Below are positions 19,442 to 28,743 of a stretch of DNA of 64,000 bases, piece by piece; the stretch's first letter is position 1, and the number at the start of each line of letters is the position of its first letter. The position numbers and the translations under genes were made by a program. This DNA is from Alphaproteobacteria bacterium. Its GTDB lineage: Bacteria; Pseudomonadota; Alphaproteobacteria; SP197. The notes under the pieces were generated by a model. It saw nothing but the letters and a program-made list of their open reading frames with translations. It searched no databases and had not been told where the DNA came from. The stretch is taken from the NCBI GenBank assembly GCA_964291265.2, contig OZ219747.1, forward strand, positions 1,600,001 to 1,664,000, in the 5' to 3' direction.

Positions 19442-20755
19442 ATGAACGTGTCAGTGGATTCATCCCGGCTTGTCGCTTCGCTGCACCATCTCGGGGCCGC
19501 GCTCGATCTCAAGACAATCGATCTCTGCTTCCTCGCTGCCCTCTACGCCCGGGGCAACCAGCAGGGCCTCAGCGCCCTGGAAGACGAAGACATGGTCGCC
19601 GTGTTCGAGCAGGTCTGCGACCTCGTCGAGCCCGGCGCCGAAAACCCGCGCAGACGGGCGACGCTCGCTATCCAGCGTCTGCGCGAACAGGGTCTCCTCG
19701 CCCGCATCGACGGCGATGGACTGGCCCGGCCCGGTGATTACAGCCTGACGCTCCTGTCCACCGGCATCGTCGAGTTCTTCATTGCCGATAGCCGCGACAT
19801 TCTCGACAGGGACTCCCTCGACCTCCTCACCGGCCAGGTCATAGCCGCTCTCACCGAGGTCCTGAGCGCAGCCCGCCAAGCGCGGACCGGCCAGGAGCGG
19901 GCCGATGCCGTCGTCGGTCCGCTCCGAATCACTGTCAGGGACCTGGTGACGGGCATCGACCGCCGCCAGCGTGGCCTGGAACGCCAGCAGGAGGACCTCA
20001 AGGCCCGCATTTCCGACCTGCTGGCCAAGGACTGGTTCGCGGCCATAGATGAATGCGAGGGTCTGCTCTCGGATTCCGCCAGAGCCCTCGCCGAACTGAA
20101 GACAGTGCTGCTCAGCCGGGTCCACCAGATGCAGGGCCTTCTCCAGGACATCGAACAGGTGGCCGAAGACCAGGACTTCCCCGGAGCCGCCCAGGAGGCC
20201 CAGGAGGTCGCCAGCCATCTCGACCGCATCGCGGCCTGGGGCAATGCCCGCCAGAAGTCCTGGTCCGACTATTACGAGTACATCCATGGCTATCTGCGCG
20301 ATGTCGTGCGCCTGGACCCAGACCGGGCCCTCAGCGAACGCCTGCGCGACCAGGTTGCCGGCTGGCCAGGCAACCGGTTCTTTCTGATCATCCCGCAGCC
20401 GCAGCCCATGCGGGTCCTGCGCGATATGGAGACCCGTATTGAGCGGCCGCCGGTCGTCCGCCCGAGCAAGGACCGCGAGGCCGACCTCGACGACGTGCCG
20501 GACGGCCCGGACCCCGCCGAAATCGTGCAACGGGCCACCGACGCCCTTGCCCGATCACCGGACACGCTCGCAAGCGTGGTGCGCGAGGTCCTGGCCGGGC
20601 TCGACGAGAACCGGCGCTACCCGGCGATTGGAGAGGTCGCAGCCCTGGTCGCAGAGCGTGCCGCGCTGCCGCCCGGCAAGGACCGCCCGTGGGTGACGCT
20701 ACCCGGCGGATACGAGATCGAGGACTGGCCACTGCGCCGGGAGGCCGGGAAATGA
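19442..20755 (+). CDS. mukF: MukF-type kleisin (alternative start 19397)
   Basis: LCFLAAL...RATLAIQRLREQGLL...YSLT..G, ISDLLAKDWFAAIDECEGLL, LDRIAAWG and LDPDRALSERLR parallel E. coli MukF segments. Confidence 0.88.
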   Translation: MNVSVDSSRLVASLHHLGAALDLKTIDLCFLAALYARGNQQGLSALEDEDMVAVFEQVCDLVEPGAENPRRRATLAIQRLREQGLLARIDGDGLARPGDYSLTLLSTGIVEFFIADSRDILDRDSLDLLTGQVIAALTEVLSAARQARTGQERADAVVGPLRITVRDLVTGIDRRQRGLERQQEDLKARISDLLAKDWFAAIDECEGLLSDSARALAELKTVLLSRVHQMQGLLQDIEQVAEDQDFPGAAQEAQEVASHLDRIAAWGNARQKSWSDYYEYIHGYLRDVVRLDPDRALSERLRDQVAGWPGNRFFLIIPQPQPMRVLRDMETRIERPPVVRPSKDREADLDDVPDGPDPAEIVQRATDALARSPDTLASVVREVLAGLDENRRYPAIGEVAALVAERAALPPGKDRPWVTLPGGYEIEDWPLRREAGK

Positions 20756-21421
20756 GCGAAGAGAGGTTCCGGCGCCTGGAAGACGTCGTCACCGACTCCC
20801 TCTTCGCCGAGGTCGATATCGGCCTGCGCCGGGGGCGGCACATCAACGCCCATGATGGGGAGCAGTACGGGTTCCTGCGCGATGCGCAGGCTTGGTTGGA
20901 GGACTTTTATGGCCGGTACGATTGCGAGCTGCGCCATGCCGCGGACGGCTACTTCCACCTGGTCCCGTGCGGAGACCGGCTCGGCCGCGCCCGGCTGTCC
21001 GAGGCCGAGATGCTCGTCGGCCAGACGCTCGCCCTGTTTTACCTCGATCCCCGGATCGCTAGCGTCGGCGGCGTCCTGAAGGACGACGAGCTGGTCCGCA
21101 GACTTGAAGCCCTGGTCGGCAGGGGACGGCTGATCTCCGAACTCCGGGGCGGACGCCAGAAACGCAGCGCGGAGAGGGTCGATGAGGAGGGCGTACGCAA
21201 AGCGGTCACGCGCCCTGCGCAGCCTGGACGACCTCGGGTTCGTGGCTTACTCGGCGGACGAGCACGAGATCCGGCTGTATTCGGCCCTGCTCCGGTTTGC
21301 GGAACCGGTCCGGTCGCTTGAGGATCGGTCCCGGGCTCTGGAACGGCTGGTCGCCGAGGGCTCGGTCGAGACCGTCGACACCACAGATGACGACGCCGAC
21401 CTTGCGGAGGAGGAACCATGA
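20752..21421 (+). pseudogene. mukE: MukE-type KITE subunit, frameshift at about 21208
   Basis: LFAEVDIGLRRGRHI, FLRDAQAWLEDFYGRY, LSEAEMLVG. The C-terminus RALRSLDDLGFV...LLRFAEPVR is in a shifted frame. ATGA overlaps on both sides. Confidence 0.85.
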
Positions 21422-24400
21422 AACTGGCCTGCAAACGGGTCAGGGCGGCCCAGCTTGCCCTCGTCAACTGGCGCGGTGTGTTCTACGAGCGCTACGAGCT
21501 CAGCGGCACCGTCACCGCTCTGGAAGGGGCGAACGGGGCCGGCAAGACGACGGTCCTTATCGCCGCGTTCGTCGCCTTGCTTCCCGATATGAACCATCTG
21601 CGGTTCACTGCGGCTGGCTCGGGTGGAGACCGCGGGATCTGGGGGCGTCTCGGCGAGGCGGGACGACCGGCCTACGCCGTGCTCGACTTCGCCCTCGCGA
21701 ACGGCGAGCGCTTCCTCGCCGGCGTACGCCTGGAGCGGCGCGCCGAGCCGGCCGTGGAACTGACCCCGTTCTTCATCGAGGACTTTCCGCATGGCGCGCG
21801 GCTCCAGGATCTCCTGCTCCTGCGCGGGACCGAAAAGGACGCTGTCCCGGAGATAGATGAAATCCGGGCGCAGGCCGGCCGCCACGGAGCGAACTTCCAT
21901 GTCTGTGCAACGGCGAAGGAATATTTCGGTGCTCTGTTCGATCGCGGCGTGTCCCCGCTGCGCCTCGAGCGCGAAGGCGATCGCCGGAAGTTCGCAGAGA
22001 TGCTTCGCACCAGCATGACCGGTGGAATGTCGCAGGTCCTGACCACCGGGCTGCGCGCCTTCCTGTTGAAGGAGGAAGGCGGTCTCGCCGCCACTCTGAA
22101 GCGGATGCGCTCCACTATCGACGCCTGCCGGCGCACGCGCGCCGAAGTCGATGACACCCGCAGGCTCGAGGCTGAGATATCCCTCGTCTTGGAGGCGGGC
22201 CAGAACATGTTCCGGGCCGCTGCCCAGGCCACCGAACAGGCCGCCGAGGAAGCGGCCGGAGGCATCGCCGAGGCCGAGGAGGCGCTGCGCCTGGCCGAGC
22301 ACCAGGTCACCGCCGCCGACACGGAACTCGATTCGACCGAAAAGGAGGCCCGCGCGCTTGGCGAGCGTCTGAAGACGCTCGCATCCGCCCTGAAGCAGGC
22401 CGAGGAGCACCGCGGGCGGCTGGAGACCGGGCGCGGCCAGCAGGAGCGCATCGAGCGGGTCGGCGCGGAGATCGAGACCCTTTGTCAGACCCATGGCTGG
22501 GACGGTGACATTCACGCTGACGGCTATGTCGACGTCCGCCGCCGGACGTTGTCCGGCCAGCGCGACGAGGTCCGTGACGAAGCTGCCCGGCTGGAAAAGG
22601 CGCGCAAGGAGACCGAAGCCCGGCTGCGTTCCCTCCAGCAGGCCGGCGGCAGTTTGCCGGCCGCCATCCGCGCCATCGCGGCCCGCCTGGGTGTGCCGAC
22701 GGCCGTGGAGAGGTTCGAGGATATCGCGATCGGCGATGCCGGTGCCCGGCAGGCCCGGCTCGGCCCGCTCGTCGAGGCGGTCCTGGTGGACGACCCGCAG
22801 GCCGCCGCCCGGACCGTGGCTGAAATCGAAGACCGTCCTGACACGGTCTGGCTGGCCCGCCCGGAGGCTCTGGACGGAGGGAAGTCAGGAGACACCGCGC
22901 AGGCTGGCTCTGCCAGCGGTTCCGTCATCGTCCAGAGCGGTCCGGACGTGGTGCGGGTGAGCCGGATCCCGGACCAGCCCGTGCTCGGGCGCCGGGCTCG
23001 CGAGACCCGCATCCGGGCTCTCGAAGACGAATTGGCCCGCACCGCCGCCGAAATCCGGGCTCTGGAGGGCCGGTTCGCCGCTCTTGACCGCGAACGCGAC
23101 GCTCTCGACAGTCTCCAGAGGAAGCAGGCCGATATCACCGCCGCCCGCAACACGCTTGCCGGACTCGGCATCGAGAATGCGGGCGAAGCGGCCTTGGCGA
23201 GCGCCCGCGAACGCCTCGACGAGTGCCGCCGCAGCCACGGCGAAGCCGACAGTCTGTCGCGCAAGCTGCAAAGCCGGCAAGCGGTGCTTCAGCACAGTCT
23301 GGAACAACGGCGTCAGGATCACACCCAAGCCCGTCAGGCCCTGAACGAGCGTCGTGCGACCGCAGAACCCGCGCGGCAGCGCTGGGAGCGTCTGCGCGCC
23401 GAGGCCGACGGCCTGCTTGCCGGTCTGTCCGGTGCGAGGGAAGCGCAGCGGGCCGCCGTGCGCGGCAGCGTCGCACTGTATGGCGAAGCACGCGCCCATG
23501 CCGAGAGGCTTCACGAGCGTCTCACCCGTGCCGAGCCAGGCGGCGAAGCCGCCAACGTGATCGACGGGCTTTTCCGTCTTGAGGACGGAGCCCGGTCGGG
23601 TGTGGCTTACCTGCGCGCCTGGCGCGAGGTGTGCGTCTGGATTCAGCGCCGCGTCCCCGCTCAGATCGCCCAGATGGACGACCCTCTGGAGGCGCTCACG
23701 AGGCTCCGCAGCCAGCTGGGTGATCTTCAGGATCGTCTCGTGCGCCAGGAAGCCGACCTTCAAGGCAACACAGCTGACGTGGCCAATGTGATCGGGGTGC
23801 ATATCCGCGGGGCGGACCGGGAGGTCGCCAAGCTCAACATGGACCTCGCCGGGGTCCGGTTCGGCAGCATTGCCGGGGTCAGGCTGCGGCTGGGCCGCGT
23901 GTCGGAGATGATCAACATCTTGGACGCCCTCCGGGAGAGAGAAGACCAGGGCAGCCTGTTCGCTGCCGATCGTCCCCTGGAAGAAACTCTGGACGACCTC
24001 CTCCATAAATATGCGGGCGGGCGGGCGCAGGGAGAGCGGCTGCTCGATTATCGCGAGTATGTCGACCCGCGCGTCGAGGTCCAGCGGAATTCCGGGATCG
24101 ACTGGGAAGCCGCAAACCCCAACCGCCTCTCAACCGGAGAGAGCATCGGAATCGGGGCGGCCCTCATGATGGTAGTGCTCACGGCATGGGAGCACGACGC
24201 CCGCCCGTTCAAGGCCCGGAGCGCTGAAAGCACGCTCAGGCTTCTCCTTCTCGACGAGGCGAACCGGCTTGACCGCGACAATCTTGGAATGCTCTTCGAC
24301 CTCTGCGCCAGCCTCGACCTTCAGCTGCTGGTAGCGTCCCCCGAGGTCGTGCGGGCGGAAGGCAACACGACCTACCGCCTGGTGCGCGTAGCCGACGGCG

Positions 24401-24453
24401 AGCGCGGCGGAGAGGTCCGGGTCACCGGCCGGCGCGCTGTCCGGGCCGCGTGA
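21418..24453 (+). CDS. mukB: MukB-type SMC ATPase, short-armed (1011 aa)
   Basis: LVNWRG, Walker A GANGAGKT, MukB-type hinge (ERFEDI..DA...LGP...VSRIPDQPVLGRRARE), LLDYREY, signature LSTGESIG, Walker B LLLDEANRLD. Confidence 0.92.
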   Translation: MKLACKRVRAAQLALVNWRGVFYERYELSGTVTALEGANGAGKTTVLIAAFVALLPDMNHLRFTAAGSGGDRGIWGRLGEAGRPAYAVLDFALANGERFLAGVRLERRAEPAVELTPFFIEDFPHGARLQDLLLLRGTEKDAVPEIDEIRAQAGRHGANFHVCATAKEYFGALFDRGVSPLRLEREGDRRKFAEMLRTSMTGGMSQVLTTGLRAFLLKEEGGLAATLKRMRSTIDACRRTRAEVDDTRRLEAEISLVLEAGQNMFRAAAQATEQAAEEAAGGIAEAEEALRLAEHQVTAADTELDSTEKEARALGERLKTLASALKQAEEHRGRLETGRGQQERIERVGAEIETLCQTHGWDGDIHADGYVDVRRRTLSGQRDEVRDEAARLEKARKETEARLRSLQQAGGSLPAAIRAIAARLGVPTAVERFEDIAIGDAGARQARLGPLVEAVLVDDPQAAARTVAEIEDRPDTVWLARPEALDGGKSGDTAQAGSASGSVIVQSGPDVVRVSRIPDQPVLGRRARETRIRALEDELARTAAEIRALEGRFAALDRERDALDSLQRKQADITAARNTLAGLGIENAGEAALASARERLDECRRSHGEADSLSRKLQSRQAVLQHSLEQRRQDHTQARQALNERRATAEPARQRWERLRAEADGLLAGLSGAREAQRAAVRGSVALYGEARAHAERLHERLTRAEPGGEAANVIDGLFRLEDGARSGVAYLRAWREVCVWIQRRVPAQIAQMDDPLEALTRLRSQLGDLQDRLVRQEADLQGNTADVANVIGVHIRGADREVAKLNMDLAGVRFGSIAGVRLRLGRVSEMINILDALREREDQGSLFAADRPLEETLDDLLHKYAGGRAQGERLLDYREYVDPRVEVQRNSGIDWEAANPNRLSTGESIGIGAALMMVVLTAWEHDARPFKARSAESTLRLLLLDEANRLDRDNLGMLFDLCASLDLQLLVASPEVVRAEGNTTYRLVRVADGERGGEVRVTGRRAVRAA

Positions 24454-25441
24454 TGTGGGACCGGGATGAGAACAGGCTTGCGCTGGTCGAGCTGGTTCAC
24501 GAGGGACGTCTGAGCCTCCGGGAGGGATAGAGAGCCGCATGGGAGTTTGCCGCCGGTCTTCGCTGGACCAGGACCACGGGCCGACGCAACGAACTCAAGC
24601 TTGTCCCTGCGCTCCGGGCCGATGCCGAGGACATGCTCGACGGACGCTGGCCCGAATGGCGCGCCGTCCGGGCGCGACTGGTCGATGCCGGCCTGCCGGT
24701 AACCCACGAGGGCTGGAAGCGCCTCCGGGATCAGGACCGGGCCTCCCGGGCCGGGGTTCTGCCGGGGCGCCTCAACGCCAGGACGGCGGCCGCCCTGGTC
24801 GGGCCGCACTCGAAGGCCGGGCTCACCGGTGCGCGCCGTGCGGGTCTCGACGGCATCGAGCTCACGGATGATGGCATCGCGCGGCTTCGTCCGAACCGGG
24901 GCCTGATTCTCCAGACCGCTTCCTGTCGGGTTGCAGCGTCCCTGCTCGTTGGGGTCGCGGGCGAGGTTGCGCTGAACGAAAGGGCGCTCCGGGACGGCAC
25001 CCGACTCGCGGGGGACCGCCCGCGCGCGGTTCTGACCGTCGAAAACCTCGGGCCGTTTATGGACATCCAAGCATCTGCCGACTGGATGGTCGTTCACGTC
25101 CCCGGATGGAACACCGCCACGGCCATGCGGGTTCTGGACCAGGTTGAGGACACCCCCCTGGTTCATTTCGGCGATCTGGATCCTGAGGGGGCCCGGATCG
25201 TGGGACACCTGAGGCAGCGCTACCCTCGGCTGCATGGGCGGCGCCAGACTTCTGGAGGGAATGTCTGCCGGATCGAGCACAACGCAAGCTATGGCCCGAT
25301 GGCCTGGATCTCTCCGGGGCGCCCGGCCTCGTGCAGGACCTGCAGCACCAAGGACTGTGGCTCGAGCAGGAGACAATCACCCTGGATCCGCGGCTACCGG
25401 GAGCCCTCGAGGCGTTCGCGCTGTCTGGAACCTGTTTCTGA
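24453..25441 (+). pseudogene. JetD/MksG-like TOPRIM nuclease (about 329 aa restored); amber at codon 26 and frameshift at about 25234
   Basis: TGATG overlap with mukB; VLTVEN, PGWN, HFGDLDPEG. C-terminal LWLEQE is in a shifted frame. In-frame TAG at 24528-24530. Confidence 0.8.
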
Positions 25442-25444
25442 ACG

Positions 25445-25550
25445 GGGGGTCTGGCTGCATGGGGAGTGGTATCCCCACTTCCACTGCCTCGTTCCCAACG
25501 GCGGCTTCAACATCAACTCCGGAGCGTGGAAGGCGGGGCTCCCATTCCTC
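25445..25550 (+). mobile_element. Small fragment of an IS91-type HUH transposase
   Basis: WYPHFHCLVPNGG resembles the IS91 HPHLHxLVPGGG motif. Confidence 0.45.
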
Positions 25551-25587
25551 ATGGGTCACAATGCACGGCCTCCTCAGGCAGGCCGAG

Positions 25588-26469
25588 TTAACAGTGCCCG
25601 TTGCCGGGTTGCCAGTAGACAATTTCCATCGGTAAGTTCTTCGAGTCGCACCTTGATTGCTTGGGAAGAGTTTCAAATTGACTCAACCATCCCCTCTTGG
25701 CGGTTACCGCCGCTGCCAGTGCGTCAATCACGTCAGTTCTACCAACACCCTTTCCAGACAAACTGACACGGCCGTCCTCAACTATATGCTTTGACTTTTT
25801 CTCGACCCTATGAAGGGCATCGAGTCGCTCCTTTTTCCCTTCGGTTTTCCTCTTCCTGTGCAGCATGGGTCTTCCATTGTTCAGTGCGAAAAAGCAGATT
25901 TCAGGATGTGTTTCCCTGACCCTTGGGCCATCAGGGCGCGGCAACAAAACATCAACTTCGGCAATTTTATCTGCGATTGCCAATGTTTGTGCAGAAAGGG
26001 ATTTCCCTGTGACTTGACGCTGAATACTCCTGGCGACTGCATGGCGAATTTGCCTGGCTATCTGGCGCCTGGCATCCTGAGCGATATCTGGCTTCAATTG
26101 CTTGTATGGCATCGCCTTCATGACTTGATATAGGTGACATTGGACCGCCTCGATGATATCTCCACAACAGGAAAAGTCCTGATAATACTTGATAACGGCT
26201 CTGACAGGAGTCGGGAAGACGGTGGACCCCCTTCCGTGCCCGCTCTGATTCAGCAATTTCCTGGCTTGCTTGTCACAGCACCTTTCCTCTCCACCATCTG
26301 GCAATCCAATTGGGATATCCACCAAGATGAGTTGGGCGCTCTTGTAGTGTTTCAGCAAGTTGTCGAATCTGGAAAAAGTTTTTAACTCATAGTTTTCATT
26401 GGAATCAAGGCCGACGCTGAACCAGCCGGCGGGACATCCGTCCACTCCCACAAACTGACTGTCGGGCAT
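25588..26469 (-). CDS. DUF429 (predicted RNase H-like nuclease)
   Basis: VGVDGCPAGW, VDIPIGLP, CDKQARKLL, VFPTPVR, ETHPEICF, DVIDAL; GC visibly lower than the flanks. Confidence 0.85.
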   Translation of the reverse strand: MPDSQFVGVDGCPAGWFSVGLDSNENYELKTFSRFDNLLKHYKSAQLILVDIPIGLPDGGEERCCDKQARKLLNQSGHGRGSTVFPTPVRAVIKYYQDFSCCGDIIEAVQCHLYQVMKAMPYKQLKPDIAQDARRQIARQIRHAVARSIQRQVTGKSLSAQTLAIADKIAEVDVLLPRPDGPRVRETHPEICFFALNNGRPMLHRKRKTEGKKERLDALHRVEKKSKHIVEDGRVSLSGKGVGRTDVIDALAAAVTAKRGWLSQFETLPKQSRCDSKNLPMEIVYWQPGNGHC

Positions 26470-26567
26470 GCCATTATCCCCTCGCGCATCGTTCGAGCTC
26501 ACCTTAAGTCGCGTACGTGCACGAAGACAAGGTCTATGTCCGTATCCGGTTTTGGTAAGGTGCGACC

Positions 26568-27326
26568 ATGCACTGCGCGAGTCATGACGAAAGGGTAGTG
26601 GCACCATCGTACGTGCGGTTGCACCACTCGTGGCCTCCCATCCCGGGGGATGTCTGGAAAGTACGGCGTGAAATCCGCTGCATCTTCAACGACGCCGTCG
26701 CCCTCCTCACCGCACGCTCCGGCGGCAAGGGGCCGAGAACATCGCCACACTGCGAGGAAGCCTGGCACGCCGTACGCCACTACCTCGCCCATGACCGCCG
26801 CCTGCCAGACCGTTGCCTGGACGCTTGCCGACAGCACGGCCTCGTCGCCGCCGACGAACGCAGAAACGCCGTCTTCACATGCACCAACGCACAAAGAGAT
26901 ATCTCCGGCGCCGAGATCGTCGGTACCGTCCCCAACGCAGACGGAAAGCAGTACAGAGCCATGGCGCGTGGATCACGCAAGGCCGCCGGCAGCTTCTGGA
27001 TCCCCGTGGACCGCTCCATGCCACGCACCATCATCATCACCGAAAGCGCCATCGACGCCCTCTCCGCATGGTGCCTCAAGGAATGTCGGCAATCCGCTAC
27101 CGTGATCCTGTCAACCGCCGGCATCGCTTACCGTCTCCCAACATGGGCCGAAGCCTGGACGCCAAAGCGCATCCTCGTCGCCTTCGACGCCGATCCCGTC
27201 GGAGAACAGGCCGCCGAGCGCCTCGTCAGCCAAGACCCAAGAGCTCTCCGCATGAGACCCCCAGACGGACACAAAGACTGGAACGACGTCCTCAAGGCAC
27301 GAACACCAGCCTTCCCTTCCAAGTAG
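26568..27326 (+). CDS. DUF3991 + Toprim protein (plasmid/ICE-type), start uncertain, possibly 5'-truncated
   Basis: VRHYLAHDRRL, NAVF, GAEIVG, ESAIDALS, STAG, AFDADPVG, KDWNDVL. Confidence 0.75.
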   Translation: MHCASHDERVVAPSYVRLHHSWPPIPGDVWKVRREIRCIFNDAVALLTARSGGKGPRTSPHCEEAWHAVRHYLAHDRRLPDRCLDACRQHGLVAADERRNAVFTCTNAQRDISGAEIVGTVPNADGKQYRAMARGSRKAAGSFWIPVDRSMPRTIIITESAIDALSAWCLKECRQSATVILSTAGIAYRLPTWAEAWTPKRILVAFDADPVGEQAAERLVSQDPRALRMRPPDGHKDWNDVLKARTPAFPSK

Positions 27327-27349
27327 CCTTCAAGAACCGCAAACCAAGC

Positions 27350-28155
27350 GCAGCGCGAAAGCTCATGTCCACTAAATTGCCCGATCAACGCATCATCAAT
27401 CTGCCTGAAGGCGCTCAGGCGCAGTGCCGTCAGCTCGCTCTTCTGTTCAGCATTCTGGCACTTCAGAGCGTCCCTTTCCCGCTCCAGCGCCTCCGCCAGG
27501 GCCTGTCCCCGCTTCACCTCCCGGCGAGCCTTTTTGAGCTGATCACGAGTGCGGTCGAGATGAAACTTGAATGTGCCCGCACAGGCACGGGCAGAATTCT
27601 TCGCACAGCACAATTCCGCATGCTCGCATCCGCCGCATCCGCACGAACCGGGAGCGATTCTCATACGGGGTAATTTTGTTTAATGTTTCCCGAGTGTTTC
27701 ATCATATGGGCCATGCCGCCGTCCTTCTCGGAAACATCTACGTAAGTTCCTCATAAGTCGCCCTTTGACAGTCTTCGGAACACCTTTGAACCAATAGTAC
27801 TGATGAAACGTAGCCGTGATGACAACCGCCAGGCACGGGTCAAATTAAGTCCGAATATGCGTCTAATTCCTGAATCTTGATACAGCACTCAGAAAAATGC
27901 GGGCAGATAACAGGCAAACAGCGAACTTTACAAGTACATAACTGGCACAAACAACGAACATATTACCCCGTACGAGAACCACACCCCACGAACCCGCTCC
28001 GCTTCATAGAGCGCACGCCAGTCAGACGCCTCGCATGACAAGGCCGCTGGCGCCCGACATAGGCCGTCGCCACCTCCCGTCAGATGCTGTGTCGCTCCGC
28101 GTGTCTCGGTAAAAGTCTCCATGCCTCGGCCATAATCGAGACCAGGCCGACTTAC
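27350..28155 (-). mobile_element. IS66-like remnant (left end plus N-terminal coiled-coil ORF), interrupted by a MITE
   Basis: Starts GTAAG at 28155 on the minus strand. The ORF METFTETRGATQHLTG...DWRALYEAERVR continues ADAADA once 27650-27986 and one TSD copy are removed. Confidence 0.5.
27650..27986. mobile_element. 337-bp non-autonomous element with 26-bp TIRs and an 8-bp TSD
   Basis: TIRs GGGAGCGATTCTCATACGGGGTAATT and (reverse complement) GGGTGTGGTTCTCGTACGGGGTAATA, 21/26. CACGAACC is duplicated at 27642-27649 and 27987-27994. AT-rich interior. Confidence 0.85.
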
Positions 28156-28235
28156 CGGCCCTTTCTCAGACGATTGTCAGCGAGCCCCAAACCAACCAGA
28201 ATCAGCCATCATCGCGCGGCCGAACGCCTACTGGT

Positions 28236-28445
28236 TCATCTATGGATAGGATGATACCGGAAAGGATCGCTCGGTCCTCCCAGTCCCTTACGCTCCACCA
28301 GATTGCGACTTATCAACAGCCGGCAATCGCCATTGACACGTTGTTGATAGCTGCCTGGACCGAATAGAACCTTGGCCAACTCGCTCTCGGTGAGTCCCGG
28401 TTTTTTCTCGATCAAGTCAAGCAGTCTTTCAATAATGGTAGCCAT
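28236..28445 (-). CDS. Small winged-helix protein (69 aa)
   Basis: LLDLIEKKPGLTESELAKVLFG...VNGDCRLL...VERKG..PFRY. Confidence 0.6.
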   Translation of the reverse strand: MATIIERLLDLIEKKPGLTESELAKVLFGPGSYQQRVNGDCRLLISRNLVERKGLGGPSDPFRYHPIHR

Positions 28446-28743
28446 CGACGTTCCTTGTACAAGGGGTTGGATCGATAGTGCTCGAAGGGTCTTGCAACGG
28501 CATCCGGCGTCGGATTGGGATCATCGTCTATACCGTGTTTGGTTGCCGAGAGCCAGCCTTCTATCGCGCCTGAATCAAGCGGCGCTGCGTCCAGCAACGG
28601 CGCGTCATGCGCTGGGTCCGGCGATAGCGCGACGACATGGAGTCCCGGATCTTGTGCTCTGCACAGGCTCGGCCCAACGGACACAACCGGCATGCGAGAC
28701 GGAAGCCGGCCTTCGTCCAGACATTGCTTCAGTCGAGGGCCGG

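Noticed and set aside
24633-25766. 377-aa ORF as a TOPRIM-HUH fusion protein
   Set aside because: It results from the frameshift at about 25234; the true LEQE C-terminus is in another frame ending at 25441.
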